Shown here piece after piece: positions 17,413 to 24,000 of a DNA stretch of 24,000 nt. The translations under genes and the position numbers were made by a program. The stretch spans positions 1-24,000 of the forward strand of contig CAVPOO010000009.1 in NCBI GenBank assembly GCA_963707015.1, read 5' to 3'. How positions within the stretch are numbered: the first letter of the stretch is position 1; each line of letters begins with the position of its first letter. Under the pieces are notes generated by a model. That model was not told the origin of the DNA. It did no database searches and saw only the letters and a list, made by a program, of their open reading frames with translations. The DNA comes from an uncultured Gammaproteobacteria bacterium. GTDB taxonomy: Bacteria; Pseudomonadota; Gammaproteobacteria; Thiohalobacterales; Thiohalobacteraceae.

Positions 17413-17460
17413 GCTTCGCACCGCCTGGTGGGTTACGCAAAAAACCCTAACTCACCCTAC
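17413..17460. repeat. REP/MITE-like element, partial copy b (right half only)
   Basis: GCTTCGCACCGCCTGGTGGGTTACGCAAAAAACCCTAACTCACCCTAC matches the right halves of copies a and c. Confidence 0.75.
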
Positions 17461-17543
17461 ATTTCGACTTAAGTCAGTGGCATTCGGGGCGGAGGGAATA
17501 AGTCATAAGCCTCTGTCCTTTTTTTAGTTCAAGGAGGTAGGCA

Positions 17544-18926
17544 ATGCGTAGCACAGGCAAATGGATCACTCTCGTTCTGGTCAGCGCTTTTGTATCTGCG
17601 GGCTGTACACCCCACAAGCTGTACCGGACGGACACCAAAATCTGCGTAAGCAGCCAGCCGGCGCAGGACTGCCAGGAACGGGCGCTGCAGGAGTTCAAGG
17701 ATCCCGCTCATCCGGATGCCGGCTACTTATTGGGGTTCATCGAGTTCGACGATCAGGGTCAGGTCTTCGAGCGGCAGCAGATGGACGCCGTGCTCACTGC
17801 GCTGCAGACGGAGGCGGCTTCCACGAACCTGTTGATGGTCGTTTTTGTGCATGGCTGGAAGCACAGTGCCGCGCCCGGTGACACCAACATCGAGACGTTT
17901 CGCAGGAGCCTGGAGCGTATCAGCGAGCTGGAATCCCGCATCAGTCGCGAAACCGGTGCCGAGGCGCGCAAGGTTGTCGGCATCTACCTGGGCTGGCGCG
18001 GTGGGTCGATCACATGGCCGGGTGTGAAGGAGCTGACATTCTGGGACCGCAAGAATACCGCGCACAAGGTCGGCCACGGCGGTGTTACGGAAGTGGTCAG
18101 CAGGCTCGAGCTTGTGCGCAAGACGAAGGACGCCATGGAGGGCGAGCAGGGCCGGAGCCGAACGCGCCTGGTGGTGATTGGTCACAGCTTTGGCGGTGCC
18201 GTGGTGTATTCCGCGCTGTCCCAGATTCTGGCGGCGGGATTCGTCGACACGGTGGGACCCGCGGGGACCATTACCGATGTGAAGGGGTTTGGCGATCTGG
18301 TCGTGTTGATCAATCCGGCTTTCGAGGCGACCCTCTTTACGTCGTTGAGCGACATGAGCAATGAACGCGCCAGCTATTTTCCGGCACAGCTGCCGGTTAT
18401 CGCCGTCCTGACCTCAGAGGCAGACGATGCAACCAAGCGGGCTTTCCCGATGGGCCGCTGGTTTTCGACCTTCTTCGAGAAACACCGAGAGGAAACCAGA
18501 AAAAACGGCGTGACCGGCGAGGCTGAAGTTATCGACCAGAAGCAGGCCAACATAACGACAGTCGGACATTTTGAGCCCTACCGGACGCATTATCTGCGGG
18601 CTGCCGTCGAACCTGGCGCGGAGTCGCCCGACCAGCCGTCGGTCGAAGCCTCCGTCGAGCGGTTCTTCGATGTCAGCAGTCGCTGGGAGAACGATGCGCC
18701 GGGGAGCGTGATCGAGTTCGAGGGCTCGGTGCTGGAACGCACGGCGAACTCGGCGGGGCGCAACCCCTACCTGGTGATTCGCGTCGACGAGCAGCTGATC
18801 CGGGACCATAACGACATCGATGACTGGCGGATCGCGAGCTTCGTCCGGCAGCTGATTCTCATCGCGGGGCAGAGTGAGGATCTTCAGGAACGGCAGTTGA
18901 TGCGCACGCGGGCGCTCCGGAAATGA
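17544..18926 (+). CDS. Lipoprotein alpha/beta hydrolase (esterase/lipase-like)
   Basis: The signal peptide has a lipobox (LVSAFVSAG-C). Other features are VVFVHGWKHS, the nucleophile elbow VIGHSFGG and an AAGGAGG RBS. Confidence 0.75.
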   Translation: MRSTGKWITLVLVSAFVSAGCTPHKLYRTDTKICVSSQPAQDCQERALQEFKDPAHPDAGYLLGFIEFDDQGQVFERQQMDAVLTALQTEAASTNLLMVVFVHGWKHSAAPGDTNIETFRRSLERISELESRISRETGAEARKVVGIYLGWRGGSITWPGVKELTFWDRKNTAHKVGHGGVTEVVSRLELVRKTKDAMEGEQGRSRTRLVVIGHSFGGAVVYSALSQILAAGFVDTVGPAGTITDVKGFGDLVVLINPAFEATLFTSLSDMSNERASYFPAQLPVIAVLTSEADDATKRAFPMGRWFSTFFEKHREETRKNGVTGEAEVIDQKQANITTVGHFEPYRTHYLRAAVEPGAESPDQPSVEASVERFFDVSSRWENDAPGSVIEFEGSVLERTANSAGRNPYLVIRVDEQLIRDHNDIDDWRIASFVRQLILIAGQSEDLQERQLMRTRALRK

Positions 18927-18970
18927 CATGCTGCGGCACGGCTTTTGTGCCGGTGTGAACCACGATCGAG

Positions 18971-19099
18971 GTAGGGTTGGTCAGGCACGCCGTGTGTGCC
19001 GTAACCCACCGGCTGTGCCGGCAGGCACTCCCTCAGGGAACGCGTTGTGTTGCTTCGCAACGCCTGGTGGGTTACGCAAAAAACGCTAACCCACCCTAC
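18971..19099. repeat. REP/MITE-like ~129-bp element, copy c
   Basis: Near-identical to 13260-13388. It lies immediately upstream of the permease start. Confidence 0.8.
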
Positions 19100-19126
19100 G
19101 TTAATTCACGATACCCTCGGAAGCCT

Positions 19127-20989
19127 ATGACGCCGGACCAGCTGTCCATCCTCCTTATCCTGTTCGCTACCATTGTGCTGTTCCTGTGGGGGCGCTGGCG
19201 TCATGACGCGGTGGCGCTGGCTGCGCTATTGGCCTGCGTATTCGCCGGGCTGGTACCCGCCGACGCGGCCTTCGCAGGGTTTGCGCATCCCGCCGTCATC
19301 ACCGTCGCCTGTGTGCTGGTCTTGAGCCGCGGATTGCTGACGACCAGCGCGGTGGATGCGATCGCGCACTATACGGTCCCCACTTCGGCGGGCCCCACCT
19401 GGACCATCACGGCGATCACCGCGGTGGGTGCGGTGCTGTCCGCGTTCATGAATAACGTCGGCGCGCTGGCCTTATTGTTGCCACTGGCTGTTCAGATCGC
19501 GGACAAGCAGAAACTGCCGCCGGGCAAGGTGCTCATGCCCTTGGCATTCGGAACGATCCTGGGTGGTATGACGACACTGATTGGCACGCCGCCCAATCTC
19601 ATCGTTTCGGGGTTTCGTGCCGTCAGCGGCGAGAGCAGTTTCGGCATGTTTGACTTCACGCCCGTGGGGCTCGCCGTGGCCAGTGTGGGTGTGCTCTTCG
19701 TGACCCTGATCGGCTGGCGCATCATTCCGTCGCGGGAACAAAAGGGTGCCGCGGGTTTCGATACCGGAACCTATCTGACCGAGGCTCGGGTGACCGAGGA
19801 CAGCCCGGCAGTCGCCAAAACCCTGCGCGAGGCGCAGCAGATCCTCGATGAAGCCGGTGCACAGATTATCGGTATGGTGCGGAATGATTTTCGCGTTTAC
19901 GCGCCAAATCCCCTGCGGCTTTTGCGCGCCGGCGACATCCTGGTTATCGAGGTGGAACCCGAAGCCATGAGCGCCGCCCTGTCCAGCCTGGGGCTGGAAT
20001 TCGCGGGCGCGGTTCCGCCCGAAGCAGAGACAGCGGAAGACCAGGGCAAAGGCCACAAACCCACGCCGTCGGAAAATAAGGGGGGGGATTCGGCAAAAGG
20101 CGAGACGACCAGAAAGAAGGAACGCGAAGCCGAAGAGGTGGTCTTGCAGGAGCTGGTCGCCATGCCGACGTCCAGCCTGGTCGGTCGTTCCGCCTGTGAT
20201 GTCGAGGTGTGCACACGTTACGGCCTCAATCTGCTCGCGATATCCCGCCAGGGACGACGTTCCATCAGTCGGGTTCGCTCGATGCAGGTCCAGGCGGGCG
20301 ATGTCCTCCTGATGCAGGGTGTGCCGGACGCCTTGTCCGGCTTTGCCGCCGAGGTCGGCTGCGTGCCGCTTGCCAAGCGTGCCATCCGTATCCCAGATAA
20401 GGGCCGCACAACACTCGCCATGCTCGTCATGGCCCTGGCGATTGGGGGTGCCGCCTTTGGTCTGCTGCCCGCAGCCATTTCCTTTGCCACGGGTGTGCTG
20501 ATGTTCACGGTGCTGCGGCTGGTGCCGGCCCGGGAGGTCTATGAGGCAATCGACTGGTCGGTCATTGTGCTGCTGGGCGCCATGATTACGGTGGCCGGTG
20601 CCATGGCCTCGACGGGCACTGCCGACCTGCTTGCCCGGATGCTGCTCGACAACCTTGCCCAGGGGCAGCCGATTATTGCGCTTACGCTCATGCTGATCCT
20701 GACGATGACCTTGTCAGATTTTATGAACAACGCGGCCACCGCCGCCGTGATGTGTCCGATTGCAATCAGCACGGCCAGCCAGCTCGGCGTGAATGCAGAC
20801 CCCTTTCTCATGGCGATTGCGATCGGTGCAGCCTGTGCCTTCCTGACGCCCGTCGGACACCAGAACAACACCTTGATCCTTGGTCGGGGTGGTTTTCGCT
20901 TCGGCGACTATTGGCAGTTGGGCTTACCCCTGGAAATCCTGGTGGTGGTCATCAGCATACCGATGCTGCTTCTGGTATGGCCGCTTTAA
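19127..20989 (+). CDS. SLC13/DASS-family permease with two central TrkA-C (RCK_C) domains
   Basis: The hydrophobic N- and C-terminal halves carry FMNNVGA / FMNNAATAA motifs. Two TrkA-C-like segments are present (...RAGDILVIEVEPEA... and ...QAGDVLLMQGVPDA...). ATG 19127 was chosen because the upstream part of the ORF is the REP-like repeat. Confidence 0.8.
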   Translation: MTPDQLSILLILFATIVLFLWGRWRHDAVALAALLACVFAGLVPADAAFAGFAHPAVITVACVLVLSRGLLTTSAVDAIAHYTVPTSAGPTWTITAITAVGAVLSAFMNNVGALALLLPLAVQIADKQKLPPGKVLMPLAFGTILGGMTTLIGTPPNLIVSGFRAVSGESSFGMFDFTPVGLAVASVGVLFVTLIGWRIIPSREQKGAAGFDTGTYLTEARVTEDSPAVAKTLREAQQILDEAGAQIIGMVRNDFRVYAPNPLRLLRAGDILVIEVEPEAMSAALSSLGLEFAGAVPPEAETAEDQGKGHKPTPSENKGGDSAKGETTRKKEREAEEVVLQELVAMPTSSLVGRSACDVEVCTRYGLNLLAISRQGRRSISRVRSMQVQAGDVLLMQGVPDALSGFAAEVGCVPLAKRAIRIPDKGRTTLAMLVMALAIGGAAFGLLPAAISFATGVLMFTVLRLVPAREVYEAIDWSVIVLLGAMITVAGAMASTGTADLLARMLLDNLAQGQPIIALTLMLILTMTLSDFMNNAATAAVMCPIAISTASQLGVNADPFLMAIAIGAACAFLTPVGHQNNTLILGRGGFRFGDYWQLGLPLEILVVVISIPMLLLVWPL

Positions 20990-21083
20990 AGGTAACAGCT
21001 TCAACACGGGTCGCGAATACCATGGCAATAGCGAAACGCATGCGCTATACAGATGTGGCAGAGCGTTAGAAAGGAAAAGCAAT

Positions 21084-21317
21084 ATGCCCCATGTCATCGT
21101 AAAGCTTTACCCGGGAAGACCAGAGGAGCAGAAAAAGCGACTTGCCGATGAGATCGTAAAGGCCCTGGTTGCGACTGTGCGGTGCAAGGAGGAATCCGTC
21201 TCGGTGGCAATTGAAGAGATTGAACCGACTGACTGGCCCGAGAAGGTGTACAAGCCCGACATCCTGGATAAGCAGGACACGCTTTACAAGAAGCCGGGAT
21301 ACAATCCTTTCGAATGA
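21084..21317 (+). CDS. 4-oxalocrotonate tautomerase family protein
   Basis: MPHVIVKLYPGRPEEQKKRLADEIVKAL...ESVSVAIEEIEPTDW shows the Pro-1 tautomerase pattern. An AAAGGAAAAG RBS is present. Confidence 0.75.
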   Translation: MPHVIVKLYPGRPEEQKKRLADEIVKALVATVRCKEESVSVAIEEIEPTDWPEKVYKPDILDKQDTLYKKPGYNPFE

Positions 21318-21413
21318 CCGGCATCGTTCTAATCAATCTCAAGAGGCTTAGCGGTTGCGGCTGGGCTTAGCCGATGAGTTGCCCCGATACCTGTCTAAGG
21401 AGTGACTATTGCT

Positions 21414-21827
21414 ATGCATAAGCAAAATAAAACCAACGTCTTCGCGACAAGCCTCCTGGCCCTCATGGTGCTCAGCACAGCAGACGCCGGTGAGGTAAAG
21501 ATCCTTGCCGCGGATTTCGCAAGCAATGGCGACAACCGCTGGTCGGTGAACGTGACCCTGCAACATGATGATACCGGCTGGGACCATTACGCGGACAACT
21601 GGCGGGTAGTAGATAGCGCGGGCAAGACGCTGGGTGAGCGGGTGCTCCATCATCCGCATGTCGATGAACAGCCCTTTACCCGTGGCCTGGGCGGCGTGCT
21701 GGTGCCGGAGGGCACGACGATGGTTTACATCGAGGCTCACGACAACGTACATGGCTGGACGTCGAAGCGGCTGGAAGTGGATCTCGGCAAGGCCACCGTC
21801 GGACGTTTGAAGGTTGAAGCGGAGTAG
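21414..21827 (+). CDS. Secreted hypothetical protein
   Basis: The N-terminus is signal-peptide-like (KTNVFATSLLALMVLSTADA). A TAAGGAG RBS lies at 21396-21402. No family was recognised, and the start could be GTG 21402. Confidence 0.55.
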   Translation: MHKQNKTNVFATSLLALMVLSTADAGEVKILAADFASNGDNRWSVNVTLQHDDTGWDHYADNWRVVDSAGKTLGERVLHHPHVDEQPFTRGLGGVLVPEGTTMVYIEAHDNVHGWTSKRLEVDLGKATVGRLKVEAE

Positions 21828-22033
21828 GGTCTCGTGAGCTGACCCTATGCGCGAGGCGCTCGCGGCGCGCGGAGGATGAGTTGATGGACCTTGACTGCGG
21901 CTTGGCGGACGGCTATGGAGGAGTCATTAGGACTTGCGGACTGCGAACGGAAACGGGAGAAATCGAAGCTAAGGGGATTGTCGGCAGCCTGGAGGCGTCC
22001 GGTTGAACCGATCAAACGCAAGAGGAACGGTAA

Positions 22034-22429
22034 ATGAACAGAAGAATAGTGCTGGCGGTAATTGCGGTGTTTATCGCATGGTCGATTCTGGATTTCATTC
22101 TTCACGGCGTGCTGCTTCGGTCTACCTATGAGGCTACTGCGAATCTGTGGCGCCCCATGGAAGAAATGAAGATGTCTCTGATGTACCTCGTCACATTGTT
22201 GTTTACGGCGTCCTTCGTGGCCATTTACACATTCCTGGTTAAAGAGAAATCCCTGGGATCCGGTATCAAATTTGGCGCGCTCTTCGGTCTGGCTTCCGGT
22301 GTTTCGATGGGCTTCGGCTCTTACGCCTATATGCCAATTCCCTTGGTACTGGCCTGGAGCTGGTTTGTCGGCAGCCTCGTTCAGGCAATTGTCGCAGGGC
22401 TGATCGTGGGAGTGATAGTGAAATCCTGA
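22034..22429 (+). CDS. Small integral membrane protein (about 4 TM helices)
   Basis: Four hydrophobic segments and a GAGGAA RBS. The overlapping 209-aa minus-strand ORF has no membrane or domain logic. Confidence 0.6.
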   Translation: MNRRIVLAVIAVFIAWSILDFILHGVLLRSTYEATANLWRPMEEMKMSLMYLVTLLFTASFVAIYTFLVKEKSLGSGIKFGALFGLASGVSMGFGSYAYMPIPLVLAWSWFVGSLVQAIVAGLIVGVIVKS

Positions 22430-22518
22430 TCGATTACGTGTCAGCGTGATCAGAGGCCCAACGAGCCGGTTCACGGGACAGCGTGAAGCTTCAAGTTAAC
22501 AGCGGAGAAGAATCCTTT

Positions 22519-22914
22519 ATGAATAACGTGAGAAGCATCGGACATAAAGCGCTGACCTGGATTCAGGACCTTGGGCTGCTGGTCATTGCAGTTTGCACGG
22601 TAATCGCCGGCGGGATCGAGATTGCATTCATGGTTGAAGCAAAGACCGTCAGGCTGGCGGACCTTCTGCTGCTGTTTATCTATCTCGAAGTGCTCGCGAT
22701 GGTAGGCATCTATCTTGATTCAGGAAAGCTGCCTGTGCGCATGCCGCTCTACATCGCGATCGTGGCACTGGCACGGTATCTGATTCTGGATATGAAAAAC
22801 CTGGACACCTGGAGAATGGTCGGTATCTCTGGCGCAACTTTGCTCATTGCGGTCGCTATCCTGGTCATTCGCTTTGGCCACACGCGATTTCCTTACGGCA
22901 AGGAGGAGGGCTGA
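22519..22914 (+). CDS. psiE: PsiE-family (phosphate-starvation-inducible) membrane protein
   Basis: LFIYLEVLAMVGIYLDSGKLPVRMPLYIAIVALARYLILD parallels E. coli PsiE [41 protein letters not shown] (comparison from memory). A GGAGAAG RBS precedes ATG 22519. Confidence 0.65.
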   Translation: MNNVRSIGHKALTWIQDLGLLVIAVCTVIAGGIEIAFMVEAKTVRLADLLLLFIYLEVLAMVGIYLDSGKLPVRMPLYIAIVALARYLILDMKNLDTWRMVGISGATLLIAVAILVIRFGHTRFPYGKEEG

Positions 22915-23021
22915 CGGGGCGCTCCGCTGCAAGGCGGTTTCCTCCTCACAGGTTTGAAGTCTTCCGAAGCAGGGGGCGGAGTTGAATCTTTCGCGCGAAT
23001 TGACGATTCAAGGTCTGAGAC

Positions 23022-23573
23022 TTGAGTGTCGGCGATGGGGGCAGGAATACGGTGATTGAGACTACGGTGAAGTTTCGCGAGGTGCAGCGTTTTCGACAGA
23101 AGTGGCTTCAGCTCACCCTGGTAGCGGTCGCGCTGGGTTCCGTCATTACTTTCGGATACGGAATGGTTACCCAGCTTGTCCTGGGTCAGCCCTGGGGTAG
23201 CAGGCCGTTGTCTGATACGGCACTGACAATCGTCGGGCCGCTCATGATCCTGCTGGGGATAGGCCTGGCCTGGCTTTTCCATGCCATGATGCTGCTCACG
23301 GAGGTTCGCGATGATGGGGTCCATATCCACTTTGTTCCACTGGCGCGTCACACGGTACACTTCGGGAATATCGTCAGTTGCGAGGTTCGGACTTATCGTC
23401 CAATTCGAGAGTACGGGGGCTGGGGTGTGCGCTATGGGCGGGCCGGGAAAGCCTATAATGTCAGTGGCAACCGAGGTGTACAACTCAAGCTTTCGAACGG
23501 TAAGGGATTACTGATTGGGTCACAACGTCCGGAAGAACTTGCGCAGGCAATACACGCGGGGATGAAAGGCTAG
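23022..23573 (+). CDS. Hypothetical membrane protein (two TM helices plus a soluble C-terminal domain)
   Basis: The hydrophobic segments are WLQLTLVAVALGSVITFGYGMV and ALTIVGPLMILLGIGLAWLFHAMML. The start is uncertain (TTG 23022 or GTG 23052). Confidence 0.5.
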   Translation: MSVGDGGRNTVIETTVKFREVQRFRQKWLQLTLVAVALGSVITFGYGMVTQLVLGQPWGSRPLSDTALTIVGPLMILLGIGLAWLFHAMMLLTEVRDDGVHIHFVPLARHTVHFGNIVSCEVRTYRPIREYGGWGVRYGRAGKAYNVSGNRGVQLKLSNGKGLLIGSQRPEELAQAIHAGMKG

Positions 23574-23669
23574 AAGCGACTGAAGTCGCTACGACTCTTG
23601 CCACCGGCGGTTGCAGTCGTGTTCGCCTTGGACGCCTTGCGAACTTTGACCCGTTCTCAAAAACGCCTG

Positions 23670-23699
23670 AAAAAAAAGCGGAGGTCCGAAGACCTCCGC
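23670..23699 (-). terminator. Rho-independent terminator of the minus-strand gene ending at 23735
   Basis: GCGGAGGTC-CGAA-GACCTCCGC is followed on the minus strand by T8. Confidence 0.75.
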
Positions 23700-23734
23700 C
23701 GATTTGCTGCCGATCTGCTGTTGGTTCTGCCGAC

Positions 23735-24000
23735 TTAGGCCCCGGCCAGAAGGTTGCCAAGCTGATCGATGTACTGAGCCTGGTTGTTGGACTGGTTGAC
23801 CACGCCGAAGTTGAAGGAGCCAACGGAGTTGGACTGGATCCCGACATTCTCGGCGCCGTTGTACACCGGGAAGCTGGTCGCGACCGAGGTGTAGCCCAGT
23901 ACCAGCGCGGCGAGTTCGCTACCCATACCACCGGCCACAGTCGCCATCGCCTTGCCGTCGAGTTCCTTGCTTGCCGTCAGATCTTTGATTGTCAGAGTTG
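23735..24000 (-). CDS. 3' part of a gene extending beyond the window; Gly/Asn/Gln/Ser-rich C-terminus, unknown function
   Basis: The frame is open to the window edge (...TLTIKDLTASKELDGKAMATVAGGMG...NSVGSFNFGVVNQSNNQAQYIDQLGNLLAGA*) and a strong terminator follows. Confidence 0.5.
   Translation of the reverse strand, partial: TLTIKDLTASKELDGKAMATVAGGMGSELAALVLGYTSVATSFPVYNGAENVGIQSNSVGSFNFGVVNQSNNQAQYIDQLGNLLAGA

Noticed and set aside
18977-19126. N-terminal 50 codons of the 670-aa permease ORF
   Set aside because: The region is the REP/MITE-like repeat translated in frame. The hydrophobic permease sequence begins at ATG 19127.
20080-20087. G8 homopolymer in the linker between the two TrkA-C domains of the permease
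   Set aside because: It could be slippage-prone, but the gene is in frame and nothing in the sequence indicates phase variation.
1-24000. Search for CRISPR arrays, tRNA or rRNA genes
   Set aside because: No regularly spaced short direct repeats and no recognisable tRNA or rRNA sequence were seen by eye. The only repeat systems found are the DGR TR/VRs, the transposon inverted repeats and the REP-like family.

Overview
High-GC proteobacterial-type accessory region, annotated by eye from the sequence and the ORF track with no searches run. The left half (1-11.5 kb) is a diversity-generating retroelement (DGR). It has one AAC-rich template repeat (TR, 8452-8568, minus strand) and two variable repeats (VR1 2904-3019 plus strand, VR2 8761-8876 minus strand). 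In the mutagenised tract both VRs differ from TR only at TR adenines. An Avd-like accessory gene (7897-8259) and a DGR-type reverse transcriptase (IGNLTSQ and YVDD motifs) are present. Both VRs form the C-termini of large NLR-like STAND NTPases: a TIR-like/DUF4062-like + NACHT + FGE-sulfatase (C-type lectin fold) protein at 13-3038, and a TIR + P-loop STAND + transmembrane helix + FGE-sulfatase protein at 8743-11501. The locus looks inactivated. The RT is split exactly after its SQFWS motif by a 3.77-kb recombinase-in-trio (RIT-like) element with three tandem tyrosine recombinases and 36-bp terminal inverted repeats. The third recombinase is itself interrupted by a 372-bp MITE-like insert. Target 1 carries three frameshifts and VR2 carries a 1-nt deletion. 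The middle (11.8-14.6 kb) holds an IS110-family transposase, an IS3 remnant and a REP/MITE-like ~129-bp repeat family with three copies in the window. The right half encodes a heme peroxidase, an orphan short tail-sheath-like protein, a lipoprotein alpha/beta hydrolase, an SLC13/TrkA-C permease, a tautomerase, small membrane or secreted proteins and a PsiE-family protein. No rRNA, tRNA or CRISPR array was recognised.
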